NCBI GenBank assembly: GCA_964016885.1
Contig: OZ024755.1
Span: forward strand, 31,062,001-31,126,000
Direction: 5' to 3'
Length of the DNA stretch: 64,000 nt
From: Eledone cirrhosa
Taxonomy: Eukaryota
Shown: piece by piece, positions 12,433 through 27,192 of the stretch
Numbering within the stretch: position 1 is the first letter of the stretch
How the letters are laid out: every line of letters starts with the position of its first letter
The notes under the pieces: generated by a model
The model's input: only the letters and a program-made list of their open reading frames with translations
Told to the model about the DNA's origin: nothing
Databases searched by the model: none
Program-made: the position numbers and the translations under genes

Positions 12433-12769
12433 CATCATCATCATCATTTTACGTCAACTTTTCCCTGCTTGCAAGGGTGGGACGGGAACTGATTCTGGCT
12501 TGATTTTTACAGCTGGATGCCCTTCCTAACACCAACCTCATTTACAGTGAGTGCTGGGTGCTTTTTTGCCGTGACACCTCCACGACCACTTTGCAGTGGA
12601 ATGATATGGACCCTAGTCCCTATCATCTCATTTCTACAGCTGAGTAAACTGGAGCAATGTGAAATAAAGTGTCTTGCTCAAGGAAACAACACATCACCCG
12701 GTCTGAGAATTGAACTCACAACCTTTCGATTGTAAGGCCAATGCTCTAACCACTAAGCCACGTGCCTCC
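12433..12769 (-). mobile_element. CORE-SINE family A, full length
   Basis: Near-identical to 23253-23587 and 52003-52345. Confidence 0.9.
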
Positions 12770-13134
12770 ATATATATATATATACACACACACATCCCTT
12801 TCTCTGTAAGAAATCAAGTGTATTCAGATCTGGAAGGAGGTGAGGTCTCCATCAGGTTTGAAATACCCAACAAATGCCATATGTCTCTAAGGTACCCCTA
12901 TGACTCCAACAGGGTTTCATTTTATTAGGACTATGTCTGGGTTAGCCAATCAAGTAGGATTAAGTATCTGTATTTTAGGAAGCTGCATTGAGTATCAGTA
13001 TTTCAGAGATTTGCTTTGATGGTGAAGGGATACCTGTTGGTGTGGAGTTTCGTTGGTGACTGTACATAATAAGGTTCTAATACTGTAAAGAGCTACCTGA
13101 AACACTGTCTGGTAATGTCTGGGAGACACGATCA

Positions 13135-13490
13135 TAAAGCCATGTATAGTGAAGCAGTCAGCAAAGTTAGGATTAACAGTGACTATCGTGAAGAATTTAG
13201 AGAGCAGAACTCTGTTCTTAGCCCTCTCTTCTTTATTATCATTCTGTAGGCAATAAAGGTGTTTAAGACTGGCTGCCTATGGGAATTTCTGTATTCAGAT
13301 GATCTAATACTTATAGCTGAATCTATGGCAGAATTAGAGAAGAAATTCCATATCCGGAAGCACAGCCTAGGATCAAACAGTCTTAAAGTCAACCAAACAA
13401 AGACTAAGAACCTAGTAAGTCGAAGGGAAAAAAAGGCCTTGATCCCCTCAGAGAAATGGCCTTGCTCAGTGTTCAAGAACGGCATACATA
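13135..13490 (+). mobile_element. RTE LINE RT fragment
   Basis: FKTGCLWEFLYSDDLILIAES, a decayed YADD region. Confidence 0.85.
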
Positions 13491-13712
13491 CAGAAGGAGA
13501 CGTCATTGTTCTGGCTGACCATACCAATACCCAGCCATTTGCCCTGTCAACATAAACGTAAATATTATCTCTGAGATTGGTCTGGCTGTCTACCATCTCC
13601 ATTTTAAACTGACCGGAGATGGTAAACAACACTGTATATCTATGGTAAGTATTGTTGGTTTATATTAAGGCTGTGTATATGTATGTTTGTATGTGTGATT
13701 GTGTGTATTTAA

Positions 13713-13931
13713 CCCTTTAGCATTCACATTACTCTATATCTACTATTGTATTTTCACAGTAAAGACTTTATCTCACATAATTATTCACATCGAATCTGAG
13801 ATTTTGATGATGATATTATTTACTTTGAAAACAATACCTTAACATCAGTATGTGTGGCTAGTTACGGTCGGTTTGAACAGAAAGAGATGAGAGAATTCTG
13901 GCCAGATATGGCTGGTTTAAATGCTTAAGGG
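13713..13931. mobile_element. complete 219-bp piggyBac-type MITE
   Basis: TTAA on both sides (13709-12, 13932-35); TIRs CCCTTTAGCATT / AATGCTTAAGGG. Confidence 0.9.
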
Positions 13932-14584
13932 TTAAACATGCGTATGTGTTCTGTCTCTCTCTCTCTCCCTGTCTCTCTCTGAAGAGATGGGCTCCACCAG
14001 GTTTATAAATGCCCAAGGCACACTCTACATCTCTATGGCGCCCCGACTCCTCCAAGAGTTGGGACACACACACACGTGCAAGTAGAAGGGAGGGAGAGAG
14101 ACCGTGAGATGGGAGACACACATACATATAAAAGATGGTGGATGGGTGCTAGACGAGAATGCTGAGGATGGCTCTGAACATTAATCAGGGACCCGCACCA
14201 CCAGGCCTTTTTGTTGCTGTCGTCACCGTGGTGGGTTCATTACTGGTGTTGTTATTGTTGTTAAGTGTTGCCGCTGTATGGCTCTCAGGTAGTGTGTACT
14301 CGCTGCCATTAACTGGGTACATCATTGATACCACTACTACTGCGACGACCGGGGTGGGTGATGGGCGGTGTTTCTGTTGTTACCGTTATTTATTGTGTTG
14401 TCGCTTTGATCTTGAGGAAAGATACCATCAAGTAAATACACACACACACATTTATATACATATATAAGATATAATACATACACATAAACACGGATATATA
14501 AAAATGTATATATGAAATGCGTAAATACATATACATACATTTATATATTACGTGTGTCTATATTAGATGTGGAAATATAATATA

Positions 14585-14765
14585 TTGGCAGTATCGGTAG
14601 AGGGTCTGACGCCATGCTTTGCAGCAAAGAGTTACGCCCCTTTATGGTTTGAGTTCAAATCCCGCCGAGGTTAACTTTGCCTTTCATCCTTACGGGGTCG
14701 ATAAAATAAAGTACCAGTAATGCACTGGATAATTGCTGGCCTTGTGCCAAAAGTAGAAACAATTA
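14585..14765 (+). mobile_element. SINE family B
   Basis: Same body as 9549-9739. Confidence 0.85.
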
Positions 14766-15912
14766 TTTATTACGGATAATGTCATATTTGCTGGGTTGAT
14801 ATGAATAACAATTTTTAGAAGGTTTATAACACAAAAAATAGAATTTTTTAATAAAACATAATAAATTAGTGAAAAAAAACGTAATAATGGTAAAAACTGT
14901 TGAAATACCTTGAAAATATTAAATATTTTTATATCGATAAACTCTAGATGTAAACCTTTAATTTAATATTACACTATACAACCTTGTGTGATGTATATAT
15001 ATATATATGTAAAATACATCTTAAACAATACATTATTATAGACTTCAAGTAAATCTTTGTCAACTTACCTTCGTCACATATAATCAATGTGTTGTTTATC
15101 AGCTTTATTTCACGACATTAACGTTGGTCTATGTTCGTCATGAATTTATAGCTTGTCAGAATGAAGTAGTGAGGCTGACTTTATTGCTTTGGTCACAGAT
15201 TTGATAGGAAATATGTATATATTAGGTTGATATGTGGCCTTATATATATATATATTTGTTTCTACTTTTGGCACATATATTGTCTTCAAATGTTCTAATA
15301 AAAAATGGTCGTTTTTCTACCACAGATTGTAATGGAACTCTTAGAAGACACAATTGTAAAGTAAGAATAGATATAATGTCGGAAAAAGAAGATTGTGTGT
15401 GTATATATATATATATACATAATTATTACAGAAGATATAATTAAATTAATTAAAGTTATAATGAAGACAACAGGCACGTGGTGTCATTGACAATGTTTCT
15501 TACCGGTGACATATGTTAAAAGTCCCTGATATAATTTAATAGTCAGACACAGTTCCAATCCTATATAATTTGATGGTATATAAAAAATCACTCAGTAAAA
15601 TATCGATTATGTATCTATAAGGACATCTCTACGTAGTCTCTCACCCTGCTAGAAATAGCAACGGAATTATCCATTACAGCTTTATTTTTTGTTTAAACTA
15701 ACTTAAGTTATGTTACATAATTGTCTCTACTTTAGGCACAAGGCCAGCAAATTACTCAGTGCATTACTGGTACTTTATTTTTATCGACCCAGTAAGGATG
15801 AAAGGTAAAGTCAACCTCGGCGGGTTATGTTACATAGTCAACAACGGCAAGTCTTTTGTACAGACTTCGGAATAAACTCAAAGACTGTCAGAATATAATT
15901 CTCCTTGTTACC

Positions 15913-16516
15913 TCTATATATAAAGTTGTATTCCTGTCTTGTGTTTGTTCGTTCACGAACTACGCCTATCGTTTTGGAGATAGACCCCCATAACCATATA
16001 TATTCTGAAAGTACATTGCCCAGGGTACTTAGATAAGTATATTTCATTTTAATCAAAGGGTTCCCGGGGGCACAAAACCCCCGCTAAAAATGTTTTCCCT
16101 TCGATTTAGATGAAATTTAAACCATAGGTAAATGACAAGATATCATATCTATTCACAGAATTTCAGCAAATTTCAATAATATTTAGAGACCCTAATAGGA
16201 GGTTAAACCCCCTATTATGGTTCCCCACATGCACAAACACCCGCTGAAAAATTTTTCCCTTCGATTTATATGAAATTTAAACCATAGGTAAATGACAAGA
16301 TATGATGCCTATTCACAAAAGTTTTGAATTGATATTTTGAAAAAAATTATTTACAAGAAACAAAATAAGAATAAGATTTAATAATGTAATTTTGATTTGA
16401 TATAATTACAAAAAATAATGTTTTCCAATTTTTCATGCATTACATTTTACATTGAGTAATATTGAAATACAAAAAAAATGTGTGAAACGCAGCTAGGCGT
16501 GGGCAATTCGGGTAGT
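15913..16516 (+). mobile_element. non-autonomous Helitron-like repeat with internal ~165-bp duplication
   Basis: Starts TCTATATATAAAG, has a GC-rich terminal segment ending GTAG-T, and no TIR or TSD. A second partial copy lies inverted at 22921-23206. Confidence 0.55.
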
Positions 16517-16656
16517 ATATCAAAATAATAAATCATACACAAAACGCCAGCACCAACAGTTTTCCAAGAGATGAATGGACCTGTTATTTTTATCTAAAGA
16601 CATTTTTTCCAATTCAAACCCGCCCGTCCCCTCAATCTATCTTATTTCTCATTCTT

Positions 16657-16692
16657 TCTTCTGATAAAGGACTAGCATCCGAAACGTTAAGA
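16657..16692 (+). ncRNA. degenerate minimal hammerhead ribozyme (PLE pLTR type)
   Basis: TCTT-CTGATAAA-GGA ctagca TCC-GAAA-CG-TT-AAGA with palindromic AACGTT stem III. Core G8 is replaced by A. Confidence 0.5.
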
Positions 16693-16779
16693 CCCTCTTC
16701 CTGCTATATCAAGCATTAACCTAATATATCCTTTCCATATACTGTACCGATTGTGTTGTTATTTCTGTTTACCTTTTAC

Positions 16780-16811
<32 letters not shown>

Positions 16812-16965
16812 GTCAGTTGAACTGCAGGTAATGACCCCTTCCCCAATAATTATATATTTTCTCTCGAAACTACCAAATCACACATCTATTTACATATGCA
16901 CTACAATTTATATATATGTTGTTTATCACATATTGAAGTTTTTTATATCTTTGTTGATATTTCAT

Positions 16966-17436
16966 AATTGTTTCTACTTTAGGCACAAGGCCAGCAATTA
17001 CCAGTGCATTACTGGTACTTTATTTTATCGACCCCGTAAGGATGAAAGGCAAAGTCAACCTCGGCGGGATTTGAACTCAGATGGTAAAGGGACGTAACTA
17101 TGCTGGAAAGCATGGCGTCCGACCCTCTACCGATACTGCCAATCCACCGCCCTTGTTGATATTTCATAATACCAGCTAAACTAATCACTACACCTAAATT
17201 GACCAAATTTGGCCTCCCCAATTCAGGAATGCTTCTACCACCCTTTATATAGAGATCGACAGTATCGGTAGAGCGTCAGGCACCATTCTTTGCAGCATAG
17301 AATTATGGCCTTTATGGTTTGAGTTCAAATCCCGCCGTGGTTAACTTTGCCTTTTATCCTTACAGGGTCGATAAAATAAAGCACCAGTAAAACACTGGGG
17401 TAATTGCTGGCCTTGTGCCAAAAGTAGAAACAATTA
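16966..17436. mobile_element. two SINE family B copies head-to-head (16966-17151 -, 17260-17436 +)
   Basis: Reverse-complementary bodies about 110 bp apart. Confidence 0.85.
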
Positions 17437-17463
17437 TATATATATATTATATGTATATATATA

Positions 17464-18826
17464 TCATCATCATCATTTTACGTCCGCTTTTCCCTGCTTG
17501 CAAGGGTTGGAAGGGTCCTATTCAGCACAGCATCTCTCCACTTGTCACGGCCCTTCGTCATTTCCTCGGTGAGTTTCAGCGATCTGAGGTCTGCCCTCAC
17601 CACTTCCGCCCATGTTTTACATAGTCTTCCTTCTACTGGGATTTCTTCGCACTTCTTTACCTAGCGGTCATCTTCCATGCGCATCACGTCCATACCATCT
17701 CAGCCTTCTCTCCTGCACACCACAACTTATCCCTCTTATACCCAGTTTCTTTCTCAACTCGTCTATGCGTGGTCGTTCACGCACATTGATATTGCACATC
17801 CAACGGAGCATACTTGCTTCATTTCTCTCCAGCTGTCGCACATCCTCTGAAGTTGCTGCTCATGTCTCACTACCATGCAGCATTGCGCATCTCACACAGG
17901 CATCATATAACCGTCCTGTCGTACGCAGGGAGAAACCCTTCTTCGTCAACAAAAGAAGCCGCTCCCTAAACTTCCTCCAACCCGTCCTTATTTTAGATAC
18001 TATGGCCTCGGAAACCCCCTCCCATGCTAATCTGATCCCCTAGGTACCGGAAGCTATCAACCACTTCTATAGAACCCACCTGCATTGGAAAAATGTGTCT
18101 ATCACTGCGATTACTACTGCCAACTTTCGCTGTACATCTACTGAATACGTAGTTTTCCCTACCTGTTAGTTTGCCTGCTATCCAACTACATCTCTCGTGT
18201 ACCGAAGATCTGCATTGCGTACATTTTATGGAATTTATGCCAGTTCCTTTCCTACATAGTGAACATGGCCATTTCCCTGATGGAATCGGAGTATGGTCCT
18301 CTCTTCTACTTATCAACACTGTTGTCTTAGCTATGTTCACTCTCAGGCCTCTTGATTTCAACTGCTGTTTCATAGCCAGAATTTATTTTCTAGCTCCTCA
18401 ACTGATTCTGTTATAAGAGTCAGATCATCAGCCCATAGGAATCCAGTCTTAAACTCCTCTGTTATGGCTTGGAGGACTATAATGAACAAGAGCGGGCTGA
18501 GGACCGAACCCTGATGTACTCCTACTTGTATTTGGAATTCCTCACTAAACTCCATTCCTACTCACACTTTACAGACAGCACCCCTGTACATATCTTGCAC
18601 TGTCCTCACAAGCCATTCCTCTACACCTAGTTTCCTTAGGCACCACCAAATGACAGATCGGGGTACCCTATCAAAGGCCTTCTCTAGGTCAACAAAAGCT
18701 AAGTATAGTGGCTTATTCTTCTCTAAGAACTTCTCTTGTAGTTGCCTCACTAAGAAGAGGGCATATGTTGTACTTTTCTGAGGCACAAAACCAAACTGCA
18801 TCTCATCTAATTTAACCCTTTCTCTT
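17464..18826 (-). mobile_element. RTE LINE, 5'-truncated, multiply frameshifted RT to 3' end
   Basis: ORF pieces MQFGFVP..FVDLEKAFDRVPR, GVHQGSVLSPLLF, WADD; (ATG)n tail. Confidence 0.92.
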
Positions 18827-18918
18827 GGTGGGTTTGGCGGTTTAGTCGCCGTCGACCCGACCATGTGACAGGTTGTGCTGGGTTACATGTTACCAGTAGC
18901 ACTCAACAGTGACCCGAC

Positions 18919-18951
<33 letters not shown>

Positions 18952-19065
18952 CATATATATATACATATATATATATGGAGGAGTTCTATTTAAATTGTTG
19001 GGATACAACAAGCAAATATTTTTATAACTGATATAAAGCACTCAACAAATTATTGGAGTAAAAGT

Positions 19066-20683
<1,618 letters not shown>

Positions 20684-20729
20684 AGTGACGAAACATAAGT
20701 CAATTGCATGAACTCATAATCCTTTATTT

Positions 20730-20785
20730 ACTGCTATATATATTTCGATGATAGCCATTGAATGGCTATGACCTCATCAGGCAGT
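20730..20785 (-). ncRNA. type I hammerhead ribozyme
   Basis: ACTGC-CTGATGA-GGTCATAGCCAttcaaTGGCTATCATC-GAAA-TATATA-TA-GCAGT: perfect 5-bp stem I and palindromic stem III, in a ~200-bp island between (TA)n tracts. Confidence 0.85.
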
Positions 20786-21232
20786 TAGTCAGTTCTTAGA
20801 TATGCCAGCTCTGTGTGTATAGTGTTGATGGTATCAGAGCCTTGGGACATATATTACTTTCTATGTTACTACACACTTACTTTCTTGCCCTATATATATA
20901 TATATATATATACATACATCTATATTTATTTATATATATATATATACATACATACATATATATTTATATATACGTACATATATTATTTATATATATATAC
21001 ATACATATATTATTTATATATATATACATACATATATATTTATATATATATACATACATATACATATATATTTATATATACATATACATATATATTTATA
21101 TATACATATACATATTTATATATATATATATACATACATATTTATATATATACACACATATACATACATATTTATAATATATATATACATATATTTATAC
21201 ATATACATATATATATACATATACATATATAT

Positions 21233-21299
<67 letters not shown>

Positions 21300-21300
21300 C

Positions 21301-21332
<32 letters not shown>

Positions 21333-21360
21333 ATATATACATATATATATATACATATAC

Positions 21361-21391
<31 letters not shown>

Positions 21392-21398
21392 TATATAC

Positions 21399-21482
<84 letters not shown>

Positions 21483-21541
21483 ATACATATATATATACAT
21501 ATATATATACATATTCATATAATACATATATATATACATAT

Positions 21542-22070
21542 ATAAAATATTAAAAAAATAATGAATAAAACAATGAAACAGTTCCTTATATTAAACAAAA
21601 AAAGTTCATTATTTAACGATCGTTTCTAGGATATATATGTGTTAGAATTGGCATGCATATTCAACAGATCTATGTACAAAATTATACAAAATTATACAAA
21701 CTATCAAAATTAAATATACATACCAAACACATATATATGCCGTATGTGTTTGGTATGTATGTTTAATTTTGATAGTTTGTATAATTTTGTATAATTTTGT
21801 ACATAGATCTGTTGAATATGCATGCCAATTCTAACACATATATCCTAGAAACGATTGTTAAATAATGAACTTTTTTTGTTTAATATAAGGAACTGTTTCA
21901 TTGTTTTATTCATTATTTTTTTAATATTTTATCTTGACTCTGTATTCCGTTTATCTTTCACCGAAAGTGATTTTTCATTGCATCTCTTCTTGCCATGATA
22001 TCCGGATTACATTGAGTTCTTCATACGGATTGGACACTACCGTAAACTCTTGGTAGATTTATCTACATAT
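21542..22070 (+). mobile_element. Penelope-like element 3' end with 5' inversion (190-bp-arm palindrome)
   Basis: Arms 21542-21733 / 21743-21932, 9-nt spacer. 21743-22070 is homologous to the reverse complement of 39121-39435. Confidence 0.75.
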
Positions 22071-22421
22071 ACATATATATATACATATTCATATAATACA
22101 TATATATATATATATATACATATATATATACACATACATATATGTATACATATATATATATATATATACACATACATATATGTATACATATATATATATA
22201 TATATACACATACATATATGTATACATATATATATATATACACATGTACATATATACATATACATATATATATACATATATATTGCCATTCTGAGTTCAA
22301 ATTCCACCGAGGTTAACTTTGCCTTTCATCCTTACGGGATCGATAAAATAAAGTACCAGTAATGCACTGGGTAATTGTTGGCTTTGTGCCAAAAGTAGAA
22401 ACAATTATATATATACATACT

Positions 22422-22456
<35 letters not shown>

Positions 22457-22519
22457 ATGAAGTAATTCCGTCGGAAAAGTCCAGGAAAAAAGAGTGCTCT
22501 ATGTAAGTAACAGAGCTTA

Positions 22520-22779
22520 ATAGTTATGTAATAAACAACATAAGGCAATTATTCCATTTACCAGTGGTTTCTTAAAAGCAAAAGATTTTGCTTTCAATCC
22601 TCAGAATGAAAAAATCCTGGTCTGTTTATTGAATTTGGATTTTATTTTTGTTTTTAAAATCCAAATTCAATAAACAGACCAGGATTTTTTCATTCTGAGG
22701 ATTGAAAGCAAAATCTTTTGCTTTTAAGAAACCACTGGTAAATGGAATAATTGCCTTATGTTGTTTATTACATAACTAT
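22520..22779. repeat. 125-bp-arm palindrome with a hammerhead in each arm
   Basis: 22520-22644 is the reverse complement of 22655-22779. Confidence 0.92.
22689..22746 (+). ncRNA. type I hammerhead ribozyme
   Basis: TTCATT-CTGAGGA-TTGAAAGCAAAAtcTTTTGCTTTTAA-GAAA-CCactGG-TA-AATGGA with a GUA cleavage triplet. Mirror copy at 22553-22610 (-). Confidence 0.8.
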
Positions 22780-22920
22780 ATATACATATAGGTAAAAATA
22801 GATGGTAGCCATGGAGTAGGCAGACCCAGAAAAACCTGGGACGACTTGATAAATTCCTACCTCACACACTTACACCTCTCCAAGACAATGTCACTGGACC
22901 GAGATCTTTGGCGCTACACA

Positions 22921-23206
22921 TATTGAAATTTGCTGAAATTTTGTGAGTAGGCTTCGTATCTTGTCATTTACCTATGGTTTAAATTTCATATAAATCGAAG
23001 GGAAAACATTTTCAGCGGAGGTTTTCAGAGGGAGTTTGTGCCCCCAGGGGAACTCTTTGATTAAAATGAAATATACTTATCCAAGTACCCTGGACAATGT
23101 AGTTTCAGAATATATATGGTTATGGGGGCGTCTATCTCCAAAACCATAGGAGGAGTTCGTGAACAAACAGACAGACAGACAGGAACTACAACTTTATATA
23201 TATAGA
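22921..23206 (-). mobile_element. partial Helitron-like repeat (family of 15913-16516)
   Basis: Reverse-complement match to 15913-16180. Confidence 0.6.
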
Positions 23207-23252
23207 TATACATATATACACACACACACATATATATGTACATAAATATATA

Positions 23253-23587
23253 CATGGCTTAGTGGTTAGAGCATTGGCCTTGCAATCGAAAGGTTGTGAG
23301 TTCAATTCTCAGACCGGGTGATGTGTTGTTTCCTTGAGCAAGACACTTTATTTCACATTGCTCCAGTTTACTCAGCTGTAGAAATGAGATGATAGGGACT
23401 GGGGTCCATATCATTCCACTGCAAAGTGGTCGTGGAGGTGCCACGGCAAAAAAGCACCCAGCACTCACTGTAAATGAGGTTGGTGTTAGGAAGGGCATCC
23501 AGCTGTAGAAATCAAGCCAGAATCAGTTCCCGTCCCACCCTTGCAAGCAGGGAAAAAGTGGACGTTAAATGAAATGATGATGATGAT
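23253..23587 (+). mobile_element. CORE-SINE family A
   Basis: Full head, core and tail. Confidence 0.9.
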
Positions 23588-24035
23588 ACATATATATATA
23601 TACATATAGACACATATATATAAATACATCATCATCATCGTTTAACGTCTATCTTCCATGCTAGCATGGGTTAGACAGGAGTTGTCCCACTTGATTGGTC
23701 GGGTGACCGTGTCTCGCTCCTATAGGACTATCTGGCAGGTTTTCTACGGCTGGATGCCCTTCCTAACTCCAACCACATTAACAGTGTGGACTGGGAGCTT
23801 TTTACCGTGTTACCTACAGGGCCACATTACAGCATGGACTATGTCTTTTTTTCCCCTCCCTTTTCTTTTCTTTATATACACATATATATATATGTATACA
23901 TATATATATACATATATATAATTATATATATGTACGTATATATACATACACATATATACATACATATATATATCATCATCACTGTTTTATGTCCGTTCTC
24001 TCATGCTAGCATGGGTTGGAGTGATATATATACAA

Positions 24036-24362
24036 GGCACATGGCTTAGTGGTTAGAGCATTGGCCTTGCAATCGAAAGGTTGTGAGTTCAATTCTCAGA
24101 CCACGTGATGTGTTGTTTCATTGAGCAAGACACTTTATTTCACATTGCTCCAGTTTACTCAGCTATAGAAATGAGATGATAGGGACTGGGGTCCCTATCA
24201 TTCCACTGCAAAGTGGTCGTGGAGGTGCTACGGCAAAAAAGTACCCAGCACTCACTGTAAATGAGGTTGGTGTTAGGAAGGGCATCCAGCAGTAGAAATC
24301 AAGCCAATTCCCGTCCCAGCCTTGCAAGCAGGGAAAAAGCAGACGTAAAATGAAATGATGAC
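24036..24362 (+). mobile_element. CORE-SINE family A, followed tail-to-tail by a partial minus-strand relative at 24367-24590
   Basis: Sequence match to the other copies. Confidence 0.88.
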
Positions 24363-24775
24363 GATATGTATCATCATCATCACCGTTTTACGTCCGTTCT
24401 TCCACGCTAGCATGGGTTAGACGGGTTGTCCTGTTATGAGCAGTAGCTGGTCGGCTTACCATGTCTTGCTCATACGGGAACTGATTCTGGCTTGATTTCT
24501 ACAGCTGGATGCCCTTCCTAACACCAATCTCATTTACAGTGTGGGCTGGGTGCTTTTTTGCCGTGGCACCTCCAGGACCACTTTTCAGTGGGAGGGTGTG
24601 GGAGCATATTGTCTATATGCTTCAGCTTCGGCTTCTACCCGTGGGGGCTCGGGTCTTCTGTATTACTGCATGATGCCAGAGGTCACAGTCGTGTGTCATC
24701 GCCTTTGAGAGGTGTAATTGGTTAAGGTCGGCTTTTATCACATATACTTATATATATATATGTGTATATATATAC

Positions 24776-24821
<46 letters not shown>

Positions 24822-25115
24822 TTATATATATATATATATATACACATATATATATATATATAAACATATATATATATATATTTATACATACATATATATA
24901 CTTATATATATATATATACACATACATATATATATACACATACATATATATATATATATACACATATATATATATATACACATACATATATATATATATA
25001 TATACACATATACATATATATATATATATACACATATACATATATATATACACATATACATATATATATATATACACACATATATATATATATATATACA
25101 CATATATATATATAT

Positions 25116-25300
25116 GTATTGGGAGCCCCTACATGGACACACTAGAAGAGGAAGACCAAGGTTAACATATGTTGATGCCCTAAGGACAGACACTGGTCTG
25201 TAGGAGATGCAGGATATGGCAGCGATAATGAGGGACAGAGACCGCTGGAGAGAACTCGTCCATGGATCTCGGGAATTTTACCCGCCTTAGATAGATAGAT
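25116..25300 (+). mobile_element. 3' end of another RTE-like LINE family with (TAGA)n tail
   Basis: [38 protein letters not shown]. Confidence 0.75.
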
Positions 25301-25372
25301 ATATATATACACATATATATATATATATAAACATATAATATTTAATGTATAATAAACAATACAATATAATTA

Positions 25373-25440
25373 CCTCATTACCAGAGGTTTCCCGAATAAG
25401 ACGAATACGAAAAACGTCCTCATTCGTTCATCAGACAAGG
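25373..25440 (-). ncRNA. type I hammerhead ribozyme
   Basis: CCTTGT-CTGATGA-aCGAATGAGGACG...CGTCTTATTCGg-GAAA-CCtctGG-TA-ATGAGG with a GUA triplet. Confidence 0.75.
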
Positions 25441-25624
25441 CAATTTAAAACATAATGAAATATTTGAAAAATCTCCTCAAGAAAGGCAAGAGTTTAACGA
25501 GCAAAAAAAAAAAACCAAGGAAGAGATATATAAAAAATAAGAAAATATAGTTAGGGTATGTGTATAAATGTGTATATATTCACTCACAAATGTACATATG
25601 TGTGTATGTACAAATGTACATACA

Positions 25625-25669
<45 letters not shown>

Positions 25670-25752
25670 GTTATTCTGGGTTGAGTCGGAGGTAACCACA
25701 GTAAGTAAGGTACTCAATACATTGCAGAGTATAAAAGTTTTAATATAGATGA

Positions 25753-25801
25753 GATTCTACAGGACTAGAACTGTTTCATTCTTTAGAAATCATCAGGAAT
25801 C
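25753..25801 (-). ncRNA. type I hammerhead ribozyme within a 54-bp-arm palindrome (25743-25854)
   Basis: GATTC-CTGATGA-tTTCtaaaGAAt-GAAA-CAGttctagtcCTG-TA-GAATC; identical motif at 58147-58195. Confidence 0.8.
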
Positions 25802-25892
25802 TGATGATTTCTAAAGAATGAAACAGTTCTAGTCCTGTAGAATCTCATCTATATATATATATATACACATATATATATACATATATATATAC

Positions 25893-25955
<63 letters not shown>

Positions 25956-25956
25956 C

Positions 25957-26023
<67 letters not shown>

Positions 26024-26136
26024 CATATATATACATATATATACATACACATATATACATATATATATATACATATACATACATATACATATATATCCGG
26101 AGGATCCCAGGCCCAAAAAAGAGACATCATAATGCT

Positions 26137-27192
26137 ATGATGGATGGAATATGGGAGATGGTCCAGCTAAAATCTTGGTCCTTTCAGTGTCTGGCCTGTT
26201 TGCCTGCCTCCACTAATGTTATTGAAAAACAACAACAACAACAACAAAAACCAATGACTGTGTCTTCCTCTACCATTGTTACTGAACAACGGCAAAAACC
26301 TATGACACTGGGTTCTACTGCTGTTCCTGTGGGAGAACATCAGAAACAACAACAACCCATGTCTTCCACTCCCAGTACATCTCGACACCAACAACTGGTG
26401 ACTGTGTCTTCCCCTACCATTCCCGTGGAGGAACATCATCATCACCAACAACAACAACAGCAACAACCTGCGACTGTGTCCTTCCCTGCCATTCCCGTGG
26501 AGGAACATCATCATCACCAACGACAGCAGCAGCAGCAGCAGCAACAACAACAACAACAACCGACCAGTACAGATTTTGCGGAACTCCAACTAATGATTTC
26601 TGCTCTGAGAAGGGAAGTTGCAGGAATAAAGGCAGGCATTCGAGTAGGACCCCACAATGAGGGGTCTTATCGGAATGCCTTGCTAAAGAATCTCCCTGTA
26701 CCTCTTGCTGAAAAGACTGAAAAGACTGCGGAATCTGCTACCCATGAAGTGATTGCCATTGGGGTACCAGAGGACAAGGCTGATCTTCAGGCATTTGCTG
26801 CCAGCTCAGCCAAAGACCTAGGCTGTGTTCCCCCAAAGGGTGCTCTCCGCCTTGGTCGACCTGGTCCAAAACCCAGACTCATCAGGCTGTCTTTTTCGGA
26901 CCCCGCAGAGGCAACCTCATATCATCTGGCCTCTGCTAAAGCTGGGCGTGAAAATCGGATTACCTTCCGAACACGCCCAGGCCTACCACCCCATGTACGT
27001 CCAAAGCTACGTGCTGCAGCTTCCTTGAATCGGAACTCAGCACAAGATGAAAGTTTTAGTCTGCGTGATGATGGGCAGATCTGGAGGTTTGTCAAGGCTG
27101 GTGAAACGTGGAAGAGAGATACCAGCTGGTCTGAGTGTGATCTACCCACAATAACTGGCAATGTAAAAACTGCTACAACTCTGGGAAACTAA
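26137..27192 (+). CDS. LINE ORF1 (probably 5'-truncated): polyQ/H repeats, coiled coil, RRM-like C-terminal part
   Basis: 351-aa ORF. FQCLAC may be a PHD remnant; [22 protein letters not shown] is typical of CR1 ORF1p. Confidence 0.8.
   Translation: MMDGIWEMVQLKSWSFQCLACLPASTNVIEKQQQQQQKPMTVSSSTIVTEQRQKPMTLGSTAVPVGEHQKQQQPMSSTPSTSRHQQLVTVSSPTIPVEEHHHHQQQQQQQPATVSFPAIPVEEHHHHQRQQQQQQQQQQQQPTSTDFAELQLMISALRREVAGIKAGIRVGPHNEGSYRNALLKNLPVPLAEKTEKTAESATHEVIAIGVPEDKADLQAFAASSAKDLGCVPPKGALRLGRPGPKPRLIRLSFSDPAEATSYHLASAKAGRENRITFRTRPGLPPHVRPKLRAAASLNRNSAQDESFSLRDDGQIWRFVKAGETWKRDTSWSECDLPTITGNVKTATTLGN

Noticed and set aside
23259-23498. Recurrent MPFLTPTSFTVSAGCFFAV ORF (also 8217, 12517, 37625, 52016)
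   Set aside because: It is the antisense reading of SINE family A, not a gene family.
25801-25845. Plus-strand hammerhead in the right arm of the 25743 palindrome
   Set aside because: The inversion point removes the 5' strand of stem I, so it is incomplete.
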